In this document: piece after piece, positions 18,452-28,440 of the stretch
How positions within the stretch are numbered: position 1 is the stretch's first letter
Layout: every line of letters starts with the position of its first letter
IMG/VR virus record: IMGVR_UViG_3300049792_000048
Coordinates: 64,001 to 128,000 of that record
DNA: 64,000 bases
From: a virus
Lineage: Duplodnaviria; Caudoviricetes
Reading direction: 5' to 3' (one strand)
Made by a program: the position numbers and the translations under genes
Notes under the pieces: model-generated
Seen by the model: the letters and a program-made list of their open reading frames with translations, nothing else
What the model was told of the DNA's origin: nothing
Database searches by the model: none

Positions 18452-21400
18452 GTGCTGAACACCGATCCGAACCGGCAGTACGAGGACCTGAAGCATCGGT
18501 TCCTCGCGGAAATCCAGGCCACGTTCCCGGTCTCGGACCCGAAAACGGGGATCGAAGTCCGGGTGAAGAACTTGGAGGTGTCGGACTCCACGCTCGGGAC
18601 AGACGACATCAAGGGCCAGATGCAGGCCCGGCTCACCGGACGTTCATACACGGCACCTGTCATCGCTGATGTCGAAGTCGTTGATCGTGCCGGCAAGCCG
18701 TTGGTCGGTCGTCGGATGAAGATCGCGGACATCCCGAAGCTGACGCGGCACTACACCTTCATCCACGGCGGGCAAGAGAAGTCGGTCACGAACCAGTGGC
18801 GTCTTCGTCCTGGCGCCTACGTGAAGGCGACCGAGAAGGCTGGCGAGTTCGAGGCACAGTTCCAGCTTGCGAAGGGGCGCCCCTTCGATGTGCAGATGGA
18901 ACCGGGCAGCGGCTACCTCTTCGTGAAGACTGGAGCTCGGAAGATCCCGCTCTACTCAGTCCTCAAGGCCACCGGCGTCACCGATGACGAGATGAAGAAG
19001 GCCTGGGGCGACAAGAACTTCGATGCGAACTTGAAAAAGGCCCGCTACGCACAGGACCTCAACTCGTTCTACACAGCGATGAAGGATGCGAACGTTCCGA
19101 CGGGTACCGACCTTCCGGCAGCGATCGTGAAGTACTTCAGCGAGACGAAAATGGACCCGGCCGTTACGAAGACGACGCTGGGAAAGGGCTTCGATCAGGT
19201 CTCGGGAGAAGCTCTCCTTCGAGCCAGTGGCAAGCTCATCGACGTCAGCGCGGAACGGGTTCGTCCTGATCCCATCGACTCGCTGGAGTTCAAGGAACTG
19301 TGGACTCCGGCCGATCACTTCATCGAACGTCTGCGTGCCTCGAAGAATGACATCCACGGGCGAGTGCTGAAGTCCCTCGGCAAGAAGTCGACACAGGAAG
19401 CGTTGTCGACTGGCTCGACGTCGATCCTCCGTGACATCGTCATGCCCGATTTGATCCAGAAGCCGATCAATCACGTCTTCGGCATCACGGGTCTGACCTC
19501 GACCCCCAAGCAGACGAACCCCGTGTCGATGTTGGCGGACCGTAGCCAGACAACGATCATGGGTCCTGGAGGCATCAAATCGGAGCACCAGGTCACGCTG
19601 TCGAATACAAGCGTCGATCCCTCGCAGCTCGGCTTCGTCGATCCTGTCTTCACTCCCGAAGGTTCTCCGGGAACGACCACCCACCTCACGTCCGGAATCG
19701 TGGTGCGTGACCGCAAGCCGTACACGAAGCTGTACAACTTGAAGACCGGGAAGATCGAGGAGCTCACGCCGGCGGAAGCGGCAAAGGCGATTGTAGTCCT
19801 CCCCGATCAGATCACGTGGCATGGGGGTGTGCCTCGTGCGATCAACGAGAAGGTTCGTGTCTCGAATCAGCATGGCGATATCGAGGAGCGCCCGCTGAAG
19901 GATGCTCACTACGCCCTCATCTCTTCGACACAGGTGTTCTCCACGGAGACCAACCTCGTCCCGTTCATGCAGAACGATGCTGCCGGCCGCACGACCATGT
20001 CGGCGCGACACATGGCACAGGCTCTTTCGCTGACGGGCCGGGAAGCTCCGCTTGTTCAGGTGCAGGCTGCTCCTGGCGCATCGTTTGAGAAGCGGATCGG
20101 TGAGACCTTCCTCTCGCACAAGGCTCCAGCAGCCGGCTTCGTGACGAAGGTATTGGCGGACGAGATCGTGGTGAAGGATCCGGCAGGGCGTGAGCACTCC
20201 GTCCACATCTACGATCACTACCCGCTCAACGAAAAGAAGACGATGTTGCACTCGACGCCCCTCGTGAAGGTGGGTGATCGGGTGCACACCGGGCAGGTCT
20301 TGGCCGATCATTCCTTCACGAAGAACGGGACACTTGCTCTCGGAACAAACGTCCGCGTCGCGTACCTGGCGAACGGTGCGAACCACGAGGATGGCATCGC
20401 CCTCTCCGAGTCGGCGGCGAAGAAGATGGGGACCGAGCATCTCCTGAAGCCGTCATTCTACGTCACCGACGACCATGTTATCGACAAGGGCCGCTTCGTC
20501 GCTCACAAGGGCACGGCCTTCCAACCCACGCAGTACAACCACATCGGCGATGATGGTGTCGTGAAGGAGGGGGCCACGGTCCATCCTGGTGACCCGCTCG
20601 TTCTGGCTCTTCGTGAAGAGAAGAACCCCGACACGATCGACGCGAAGATGCTCGACCGGCTCACCAAGAAGGGCCGCCTCGACTACACGAACGCGGCTCT
20701 GACGTGGGACCACGAACATACCGGAGAGGTTGTTCGTGTGGTCCGCTCCGGCAAGAACATCACTGTTCACGTCAAGACGAAGGAGCCGATGATCGTCGGG
20801 TCCAAGGTCTCGACGCGTCACAGTGCGAAGGGCATCGTCACGCAGATCCTGCCCGACAACGAGATGCCGTACTACATGAAGAATGGCAAGCACGAGCACG
20901 TCGAGATGCTGATCAACCCGGTCTCCGTGCCGGGACGCATGAATCCGGGTCAGATCTTGGAGACTGCCGCAGGCAAGATCGCCGAGAAGACTGGGCAGCC
21001 CTACATCGTCAAGAACTTCGACGGACAGACCGACTACCTGAAAAAGATCCAGAACGAGCTGAAGCATCACGGCCTCAAGGAGACCGAGCTCCTCGTCGAC
21101 CCCAAGACCGATCGCAAGCTCGGCGAGGTGACAGTCGGTCCGCACTACGTGTTCCAGCTCGAACATCAGATCGACAAGAAGACGCACGTCCGACACGGCG
21201 GCGCCTACATCAAGTCGACTGGGATGCCGCACATCCAGTACGACACCAATCTCGTTCCTCGGGGTGGTGGTGAGAGCGGAGCTCAGAGCTTGGGCTCTCT
21301 CGGCATCTACGGCGCTCTTGCTGCTGGTCTCCGTCAGAACCTCGGTGAGATGCAGACCCTCAAGTCCGATCGTCCGCAGGCCGAAGCTCTGTGGGCTGCT

Positions 21401-24400
21401 CTCGCGAACGGCCGGATGATCCCGCCTCCGCAGGTCCCCTACGTCTACAGCAAGTTCGGAGCTCTGCTTCAGGCCACGGGCTTGAACCTGGAGAAGAAGG
21501 GCAGCCTGCTCAGCCTCGTTCCGCAGACCGATGCAGAGACGCTGAAGTGGGCCGGAGGCAAGAGCGGCAAGGTCACCGAGCCATCCCTCACCGTGGCAGC
21601 CAAGAACATGAAGCCGAAGAGCGGAGGCATCTTCGACCCGCACATCTTCGGCCCGGACAAGCAGCGTTGGGGCTACATCGAGCTCGCAGCGCCGATGCCG
21701 AACCCGATCTTCGCTGACTCGATTTCCTCGCTGCTGGGCATCCAGAAGCAGGACATCCAGAAGATTATCTCTGGTGAGATGAAGTTGAACGGCAAGATCG
21801 GGGGCGAGGCGATCCGCGAGGGTCTCGCCAAGATCAACGTCGATCAGAAGCTGAAGCACTACAAGGCGATGATCGACGATCCGAAGGTGAAGAGCAGCGA
21901 GCTCAACAACGCCATCTTCGCGTACAAGTCGCTGCGTGCGCTGAAGGAGCACGGCAAGACGCCTTCCGAGGCGTACACGATGAAGTTGCTCCCGGTGCTT
22001 CCTCCGATCTACCGTCCCTTCCAGGAGAGTGCGGAGGGCACCGACCGCATCGATCCGCTGAACCAGCTTTACCGCCGACTCGGTATGGTGAACTCGTCGT
22101 TGGAGGCCTCGAAGAAGGAAGGCATCCCCGACCGCCGTCTCCTTCAGGCGCAGGGTGATCTCTACCAGGAGATGCAGAACCTTTTTGGCACGACCCCGAA
22201 GGGGAAGAAGGCGCTCGACATCGACTTCCAGGGCAACCCTGTGCGAGGTCGTTTCCTGCCCGGCATCTTGCACACCATCGCGGGTGACTCGCCGAAGGAT
22301 GGCTTCTTCCAGGACAAGGTCATCGGCAAGAAGCAGGACTACACAGCACGAGCCACGATCGTCGCTGACCCAGGTCTCGGTGCCGATGAGATTGGCGTGC
22401 CGAAGAAGATCGCCTTCGAGCTCTTCCGGCCTGTGGTGGGGCATCGCCTCGTGCAGATGGGCTACAACCCGATCCAGGCGCAGCAGGAGATCTCGAAGCG
22501 CTCCGCGGTGGCCGAGGCTGCTCTCCAGCGAGAGATCGAAGAGCGTCCGGTCTTGATGAAGCGTGACCCCGTGCTCCACCAGTACGGCATCATCGGTCAG
22601 AAGGTGAAGCTGACGGATTCGCGAGCCATCAAGGTGAGCCCGCTCGTTCTCCCTCCGATCGGTGGAGACATCGATGGCGATACGGTGGCGCTGTTGCTCC
22701 CCATCCAACACGCCGCAGTCCAGGAAGCGTACAAGCTCCTCCCGTCGAACCGGTCCATCTCGGCAAGTACGGGAGAGGTCCTGTTCACTCCGACGAACGA
22801 GGCGATGCTGGCCCTCTACCGCATGTCCCTCAAGAAGCGGGAGACGAACCAGACGTTCGCATCGTCGAAGGAGGCAGAGGCCGCCTTCGTCAACAACAAG
22901 GTGAACCTCGACGACGTCATCACAGTCGGTGGGCACCGCACCACGCTCGGTCGTGTGCGTATCTCCCACGTCGTACCCGAGCAGTACAAGACGAAGGTCC
23001 TCACTGACATCGACACCCCCATCTCGAAGAAGTTCGTCACGGACATGCTGCGTCAGACGGCGCAGCACTCGCCGGCGACCTTCGAGCCGTTCACGCGCAA
23101 CCTCACCCAGCTCGGCTTCAAGATGGCGTTCGAGAGCGGGCACACTGTGCGGCTGTCGGACTTGGAGCCGATGCGGGTCGAGCGCGCAAAGATCATCGCA
23201 GCTGCGAAGGGACGTGCCGAAGGCAAGCCCGACGCAGAGCGGACGCAGATCTGGATCGACGCCACCAAGAAGCTGCACGAGACGTACGACGAGCACTTCA
23301 AGAAGCACCCCACCAACATCTCGGACATGCGGGCCTCGGGCATCAAGGCCAAGAAGGAGCAGTTCCAGGGCTTGGTGATTGCTCCGATGCTTGTGGAGAA
23401 CCACCTCGGGCATGCCTCGAAGGTGCCGATCACTCGCTCGTTCTCAGAAGGCATCGACGTCGGCGGCTACTTCCTCCAGGCAGCAGGAGCTCGGAAGGGC
23501 ACCATTCAGAAGGTCGACGCTGTCCGTGATCCCGGCGTGCTGACGAAGGAGCTCATCCAGTCCAACATCGACTCGCCCATCACGGCGATGGACTGCGGAA
23601 CCCACTCGGGCATCAGCCTCGGCGTCAACGACCGCGACCTCGTCGACCGCTACCTCGCTTCTCCCGTCACAGCCGGTGGCAAGACGATCCCTGCTGGCAC
23701 CGTCATCACCCCCGGGCTTCAGCAGACCTTCTCGAAGTCGGGTGTCACGAACCTGTTCGTGCGGTCTCCGCTGAAGTGCCGCATGCCGCACGGTATTTGT
23801 TCGACCTGCATGGGCAAGCACCCCTCCGGAGTCAACTACGACTTGGGTGACAACGTCGGCATCATGGCGGCTCAGGCCATCGGTGAGCGTGCTGCACAGC
23901 TCATGCTGAAGCAGACGCACAACCAGGGCATCGTCCCGACGCAGCGTGGTGCCGTCGACGAGTTCAGCACAGTCGAGCGGGTGTTCGGGGTGGCGAAGCG
24001 CTCGCCAGTTGATGCGATCATCGCTCCGCGTGCAGGCCTCATCACCCGTGTCGAGGCTCAGCCGCAGGGTGGCCACAAGATTCGCTTCGCGGAGAGCAAG
24101 GTCGATCTCTACTCTCGGCAGCCGCTTCTTCCGCACGTGAAGGCCGGCTACAGGTTCCAGCGCGGTGAGCAGCTCTCAGAGGGCGACCCGAACCTCAACA
24201 TGCTGCTCAAGACCCGTGGTCTCGAAGCGACACAGGACCACATGGTCGATCGCATCGGGAAGATCTACGAGAAGGAGGACGTCCTTCGTCGTCACGTCGA
24301 GCTTACGGTCCGCAATGCAACCAGCACGGTTGAGGTGTCGGACCCGGGCGACCACCCGACCATCCTCCGTGGGGACCATATGCAGTTCCCCATGATCGAG

Positions 24401-24649
24401 GAAATCAATCGAACCGTGCTCAAGGGCCGGAAGCCGATCGAAGTGCGCCCGGTACTGAAGGCCACGGAGACCACGACCGCGCTGAAGCAGCACGACTGGA
24501 TGGCACGACTTCAGTCGAATCGCCTCCAGGAGCACATCATGACGGCGGCGGCTCTCAACGAGAAGTCCGACGTCCACGGCTTGCACCCAATCCCGGGCTT
24601 GGCGATGGGCAGCGAGTTCGGTAAAGGTCGTGGTGTAGCCAAGTACTGA
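18452..24649 (+). CDS. rpoBC: DNA-directed RNA polymerase, fused beta + beta' subunits
   Basis: beta motifs GPGG, TPEG, LVPFMQND, NHED, GSKVSTRHSAKG, PGRMNPGQ, EHQIDKK.H.R, TLKSD. beta' motifs IFGP, LPVLPP..RP, GKKQDY, RDPVLH, GGDIDGD, GARKG, RSPLKC..CSTC, AAQAIGE. Confidence 0.95.
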   Translation: MLNTDPNRQYEDLKHRFLAEIQATFPVSDPKTGIEVRVKNLEVSDSTLGTDDIKGQMQARLTGRSYTAPVIADVEVVDRAGKPLVGRRMKIADIPKLTRHYTFIHGGQEKSVTNQWRLRPGAYVKATEKAGEFEAQFQLAKGRPFDVQMEPGSGYLFVKTGARKIPLYSVLKATGVTDDEMKKAWGDKNFDANLKKARYAQDLNSFYTAMKDANVPTGTDLPAAIVKYFSETKMDPAVTKTTLGKGFDQVSGEALLRASGKLIDVSAERVRPDPIDSLEFKELWTPADHFIERLRASKNDIHGRVLKSLGKKSTQEALSTGSTSILRDIVMPDLIQKPINHVFGITGLTSTPKQTNPVSMLADRSQTTIMGPGGIKSEHQVTLSNTSVDPSQLGFVDPVFTPEGSPGTTTHLTSGIVVRDRKPYTKLYNLKTGKIEELTPAEAAKAIVVLPDQITWHGGVPRAINEKVRVSNQHGDIEERPLKDAHYALISSTQVFSTETNLVPFMQNDAAGRTTMSARHMAQALSLTGREAPLVQVQAAPGASFEKRIGETFLSHKAPAAGFVTKVLADEIVVKDPAGREHSVHIYDHYPLNEKKTMLHSTPLVKVGDRVHTGQVLADHSFTKNGTLALGTNVRVAYLANGANHEDGIALSESAAKKMGTEHLLKPSFYVTDDHVIDKGRFVAHKGTAFQPTQYNHIGDDGVVKEGATVHPGDPLVLALREEKNPDTIDAKMLDRLTKKGRLDYTNAALTWDHEHTGEVVRVVRSGKNITVHVKTKEPMIVGSKVSTRHSAKGIVTQILPDNEMPYYMKNGKHEHVEMLINPVSVPGRMNPGQILETAAGKIAEKTGQPYIVKNFDGQTDYLKKIQNELKHHGLKETELLVDPKTDRKLGEVTVGPHYVFQLEHQIDKKTHVRHGGAYIKSTGMPHIQYDTNLVPRGGGESGAQSLGSLGIYGALAAGLRQNLGEMQTLKSDRPQAEALWAALANGRMIPPPQVPYVYSKFGALLQATGLNLEKKGSLLSLVPQTDAETLKWAGGKSGKVTEPSLTVAAKNMKPKSGGIFDPHIFGPDKQRWGYIELAAPMPNPIFADSISSLLGIQKQDIQKIISGEMKLNGKIGGEAIREGLAKINVDQKLKHYKAMIDDPKVKSSELNNAIFAYKSLRALKEHGKTPSEAYTMKLLPVLPPIYRPFQESAEGTDRIDPLNQLYRRLGMVNSSLEASKKEGIPDRRLLQAQGDLYQEMQNLFGTTPKGKKALDIDFQGNPVRGRFLPGILHTIAGDSPKDGFFQDKVIGKKQDYTARATIVADPGLGADEIGVPKKIAFELFRPVVGHRLVQMGYNPIQAQQEISKRSAVAEAALQREIEERPVLMKRDPVLHQYGIIGQKVKLTDSRAIKVSPLVLPPIGGDIDGDTVALLLPIQHAAVQEAYKLLPSNRSISASTGEVLFTPTNEAMLALYRMSLKKRETNQTFASSKEAEAAFVNNKVNLDDVITVGGHRTTLGRVRISHVVPEQYKTKVLTDIDTPISKKFVTDMLRQTAQHSPATFEPFTRNLTQLGFKMAFESGHTVRLSDLEPMRVERAKIIAAAKGRAEGKPDAERTQIWIDATKKLHETYDEHFKKHPTNISDMRASGIKAKKEQFQGLVIAPMLVENHLGHASKVPITRSFSEGIDVGGYFLQAAGARKGTIQKVDAVRDPGVLTKELIQSNIDSPITAMDCGTHSGISLGVNDRDLVDRYLASPVTAGGKTIPAGTVITPGLQQTFSKSGVTNLFVRSPLKCRMPHGICSTCMGKHPSGVNYDLGDNVGIMAAQAIGERAAQLMLKQTHNQGIVPTQRGAVDEFSTVERVFGVAKRSPVDAIIAPRAGLITRVEAQPQGGHKIRFAESKVDLYSRQPLLPHVKAGYRFQRGEQLSEGDPNLNMLLKTRGLEATQDHMVDRIGKIYEKEDVLRRHVELTVRNATSTVEVSDPGDHPTILRGDHMQFPMIEEINRTVLKGRKPIEVRPVLKATETTTALKQHDWMARLQSNRLQEHIMTAAALNEKSDVHGLHPIPGLAMGSEFGKGRGVAKY

Positions 24650-25215
24650 TGGCGAATCACCGTCGAGATGTTACTGGCCAGGAACTTGGCCACCTCACGG
24701 CGTTACACCCGACGGGGAAGACCACGCGCTACGGGGTGGTGTGGCTGATTCAGTGTCGATGCGGCAAGAAGATCAAGATGTCGTTGTCGGAGTTCGTACG
24801 GGGACACAACAAACACTACCCGCGAACCTGCGGGTGCGTGCGCAAGAGGATGCGTAGCTCGAAATACAAGGGCATCGGAGACCTCTCACACACACGTTGG
24901 AGGAACATCACGAAGACTGCTGACCGACGTGGGTATGAGATCGGCATCACGATATCTGGTGCCTGGAAGCTTTTCGAGAAGCAAAAAGGTCTATGTGCTC
25001 TGACCGGTCTTCCGATTCAGCTTGCACCGACCACGATGAAGGCCGGAACCTCTACTGCATCGCTAGATCGCATCGACAGCAAGAAGGGCTATATCAAGGG
25101 CAACGTGCAGTGGGTTCACCGCGACATCAACTTCATGAAGCAGGCATTCCCGCAAGATGTCTTCGTGGAGTGGTGCGTCCGTGTCGCTCGACATAGCCAT
25201 AGGGGACGTCGATGA
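24649..25215 (+). CDS. HNH-like homing endonuclease
   Basis: N-terminal G.LT...W...C.CG DNA-binding module; CALTG..SLDRIDSKKGYIKGNVQWV..N. Confidence 0.8.
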   Translation: MANHRRDVTGQELGHLTALHPTGKTTRYGVVWLIQCRCGKKIKMSLSEFVRGHNKHYPRTCGCVRKRMRSSKYKGIGDLSHTRWRNITKTADRRGYEIGITISGAWKLFEKQKGLCALTGLPIQLAPTTMKAGTSTASLDRIDSKKGYIKGNVQWVHRDINFMKQAFPQDVFVEWCVRVARHSHRGRR

Positions 25216-26312
25216 GCGACGGGCACTACAGCGCTAGCGGTCCCTCGACGGACGCCTTCTTCCCCGCCGTCATCGAGGAAGCGATGGTGACGAACGTCAA
25301 CAAGGCGAACTTCACTGTCAGCGTCGTCACACGTCACACCCAGAAGCCGTTTCAAGACCTTCAGTGCGCTCTGCCATACTTCCACAACGAGAACGGTGAG
25401 GGCATCTACTTCCTCCCCGAGGTTGGGGCTCGCTGCCAGATCTTCCGAGGCAACGACACTACGCCGCCGTTCATCCTCGGCTTCATCGCAATCCCGTCGG
25501 TCATCGAGAGCGACGACGGTACCCCTACCCGAAGCACGTCCGCGGGTGGGAGCACGACCGATGTCTCGTTCCGTGGGCGGCGGCTCGACATCCAGCCCGG
25601 AGACATCTTCATGACGACGCGAGATGAGAACTTCATCTTGCTTCGTCGTGGTGGTGTTCTTCAGCTCGGCTCTACGGAGCTTGCGCAGCGCATCTACATC
25701 CCGATCAACAACTACGTCCGCGACTTCGCGGAGAACTACACGATGGACACCTTTGGCGGGAACATCCGCTGGACGGTGGAACGCCAAGAGAACGATCCGG
25801 GAGGTGATGCTCCCGCGTCGTATGTCTTCCACATGAACGAACATGCGCAGGACGAGAAGGCCTCGTTCCGCATCCGACACTTCCCGCTCCGAGGTCCCGC
25901 AGGAGGCGATGCCCAGGTCTGGGAGATCATGGTTGCATCGCAGGGCATCAATACGGAGACGGGCGAGGTCACGAGCGCCACGTACAGCATGCTCTTGAAA
26001 ATGGACGGCACGAAGACCGAGATGATTGGGGCGAACTACTCGCTTCGTGTGAAGGGCAACTACGACGTTCAAGTAGATGGTGATCTCACCATGAAGGCCA
26101 ACGGCAAGGCACGTGTCGAAGGCGGCTCCGAGGCTCGGGTGAAGGCCACTCAGGTCATCCTCGACGGTGATGTCGTCGCTGGCGGAGCTGGGGCCACTGA
26201 ACCGGGCGTGCTGGGCACCCAGCTCATGACGTACCTGACCACTCTCGGTAGTGCCGCAGGCGTGGGACCGCCCCCTCCCACGATCTTGGCGCAGAAGTTC
26301 AAGCTTCTCTGA
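25212..26312 (+). CDS. Baseplate central spike (gpV/gp5-like)
   Basis: OB-fold LPEVGARC...PFILGF; C-terminal beta-helix repeats (VKGNYDVQVDGDLTMKANG). Confidence 0.75.
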   Translation: MSDGHYSASGPSTDAFFPAVIEEAMVTNVNKANFTVSVVTRHTQKPFQDLQCALPYFHNENGEGIYFLPEVGARCQIFRGNDTTPPFILGFIAIPSVIESDDGTPTRSTSAGGSTTDVSFRGRRLDIQPGDIFMTTRDENFILLRRGGVLQLGSTELAQRIYIPINNYVRDFAENYTMDTFGGNIRWTVERQENDPGGDAPASYVFHMNEHAQDEKASFRIRHFPLRGPAGGDAQVWEIMVASQGINTETGEVTSATYSMLLKMDGTKTEMIGANYSLRVKGNYDVQVDGDLTMKANGKARVEGGSEARVKATQVILDGDVVAGGAGATEPGVLGTQLMTYLTTLGSAAGVGPPPPTILAQKFKLL

Positions 26313-26345
26313 AGGCAGCTCTCCTCCTGAACACGTTTTCGATGT

Positions 26346-26351
26346 TAGGAT
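26346..26351 (+). promoter_or_regulatory. -10 element (TAGGAT), leaderless
   Basis: TAGGAT 7 nt before ATG 26359. Confidence 0.5.
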
Positions 26352-26358
26352 GCACACC

Positions 26359-28437
26359 ATGGACCTCTTCACGAACGTCGCCCCCATCTTCCAGGACAAG
26401 GTCGCTGCCGTCCCGCTCGACGAGGATGCGGCGAAGTGGGGGCCGCAGATCCTCCAGGAGCTCTTCCGCCAGGTCCCCGAGGCCTCGGAGTACAACCCGC
26501 AGGTCGTGATGCTCCGGCAGGACGATGAGCAGGGCTTCGCTCTCGGAGTCATCGTCATCTCGGGACAGACGGACTCCGCCCTCTCGATGGCCGGCAACGA
26601 GCAGCCGACGTCGAAGAAGGCGTTGATTCCCGTGATCATCAAGAATACCGAGCTGTGTCCGCTCGATATCGTGATGACGCAGGACAAGCGCGTGTACCCG
26701 CTCAACGGCATCCGTCTCCGCGAAGCGTTGTTCCGCCCGAACACCTTCGACATGATGACGGACGACTCGGGCGACCAGAGTCTCTACTCGATGTTCTATC
26801 CGCCGGGACGCTCCTCGAACTCCCCCGGCTCGGGCTTCAGTGGCGGCGCAGGTGACAGCGTCAACTACGTCATGGGTCCGGGCATGAAGTCAGCCTCGAA
26901 GGTCGCCGCGGCCGTCGAGGAGTCGCTGCTGCATCGCATCGCGCCGACGCTGTCACAGGCCGACCTCGACATGCTCGGTGAGAAGATCTCGTCGCTGGGT
27001 CTGGAATCGCAGCTCAAGGAGAACCCGGCCTTCCTCGCGGTCGTGTCGCACCTGGCCAACTTCGATGGCCGTCTCCTCACGGAGGGGGATGCCGATCTTC
27101 TCATCGACAAGGCCGCCAGCTACGCCCCGATCGAGGTCGCTCAGTTCGGCTGGGACGAGGCACGCAGCACGTACTGGATGAAGACGGCGTCGCGCTCGAT
27201 CTTCGGCCTCAGCCGCGACGACATCGATCGTGGGCAGATGCTGAAGTTCGCGGGCCCCGAGCTCACGAAGAAGGTCGACACCGAAGGCACCGTCACCGTC
27301 TCCGAGCCGGCGAAGGACACTGCTCCTCTCGACACGACGAACGACCGCTGGGAGGTCATCGAGAAGCCGGGCGTCTATCGCGTCCGCGACATCAACGGGC
27401 AGGAGATGATGGGTTGGGTTCTCCCCTCGCTCGTCGACTTCGATGGCACCCGCGTTCCGATGGCCGTGTTCACGAACGGTGCGACGGCTGCGGTCCAGGG
27501 CTCGATCATCGGCGCGAAGATCTCGGACGCCTCGATGGGCCTTCCCGAGGACAAGCCGACGGGTTCGGGTCTCTTCTACGTGGTGACCCCCAGTGGCATC
27601 GAGGCGACCGTGCCGTTCAAGATCGAGGGCCGTGAGGCTTCGATGGATGGTGGCGACCTCGTCCACGTCACCACGCTCACCGGGCAGCCTCACACGGTCC
27701 GTCTCGTCCCGGGGCTTCAGCACATGATGCCCGGGGAGCAGGAGTGCTCGCTGCCTGCCTCGGCACGCTTCCTCGCACTGAACAAGGAGACGGCGGTGCC
27801 CCTCGTCGATGACCTCGAAGCGGCCAAGACCTCGGCTCTCAGCCAGCCGTTCATCGCCCTTCGTCACGGTGGCGACGTCATCGACCTCACCTTTCACAAG
27901 CTGCCGGGGTTCGAGGCTACGGTCCCGAAGCTCGCCTCGATCGAGGACACCATCTTCGTGCTCTGTGCTGCTGGCATGACTCCGCTGAAGGCGCACGAGA
28001 TCATCAAGCATGCCTCGCACACGATGCGCACCGAGCACGTGATCGGCGTGCACGACGTCCGCACGGTCGAGACGTTCATGCAGGACATCGAGAAGACGGC
28101 GTCCGAGAAGGTCGCGCAGGTCCGTGCTCTCCGGCAGGACCTCATCAAGGAAGCTTCGGTGCTGCCCGACATCCAGACCGTCGACAGCGTCCTCTCGCTC
28201 AACTTCCTGAATCCCGAGAATCTGCGGGTGTACGTCGGCAAGCTGCCGTACCTCGATCGAGCGCTCAACACCGTCTGCGAGCTCACGCTGTTCTCTCGCC
28301 TCGGTATGACCGAGGTTCCGGAGACGGCTGCGGCTCGTGCGGCTCGTGCGCTCGACGAGGTCATCCAGGGCCTCAAGGGCCTCGCGATGCGCACCGCAGA
28401 TGCCGACGGGACGCCGTCGGCTGCTGCCGCATCGTGA
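26359..28437 (+). CDS. Large KxA-rich virion (inner head/core?) protein
   Basis: KVA, KSA-KVA, KAA, KTA, KHA, KTA-KVA and KEA motifs; start inferred from the leaderless promoter. Confidence 0.6.
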   Translation: MDLFTNVAPIFQDKVAAVPLDEDAAKWGPQILQELFRQVPEASEYNPQVVMLRQDDEQGFALGVIVISGQTDSALSMAGNEQPTSKKALIPVIIKNTELCPLDIVMTQDKRVYPLNGIRLREALFRPNTFDMMTDDSGDQSLYSMFYPPGRSSNSPGSGFSGGAGDSVNYVMGPGMKSASKVAAAVEESLLHRIAPTLSQADLDMLGEKISSLGLESQLKENPAFLAVVSHLANFDGRLLTEGDADLLIDKAASYAPIEVAQFGWDEARSTYWMKTASRSIFGLSRDDIDRGQMLKFAGPELTKKVDTEGTVTVSEPAKDTAPLDTTNDRWEVIEKPGVYRVRDINGQEMMGWVLPSLVDFDGTRVPMAVFTNGATAAVQGSIIGAKISDASMGLPEDKPTGSGLFYVVTPSGIEATVPFKIEGREASMDGGDLVHVTTLTGQPHTVRLVPGLQHMMPGEQECSLPASARFLALNKETAVPLVDDLEAAKTSALSQPFIALRHGGDVIDLTFHKLPGFEATVPKLASIEDTIFVLCAAGMTPLKAHEIIKHASHTMRTEHVIGVHDVRTVETFMQDIEKTASEKVAQVRALRQDLIKEASVLPDIQTVDSVLSLNFLNPENLRVYVGKLPYLDRALNTVCELTLFSRLGMTEVPETAAARAARALDEVIQGLKGLAMRTADADGTPSAAAAS

Positions 28438-28440
28438 AAC

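Noticed and set aside
20453-23413. 986-aa - strand ORF, and similar long antisense ORFs such as 52299-55451, 39456-41663, 8062-10065 and 11866-13767
   Set aside because: Shadow frames of strongly GC3-biased + strand genes; no motifs or RBS, and fully antisense to recognisable genes.
24649-25215. Possible group I intron or intein associated with the HNH genes, RNAP, terminase or helicase
   Set aside because: Flanking genes are complete and uninterrupted; no intein terminal motifs or intron-length non-coding flanks were seen.
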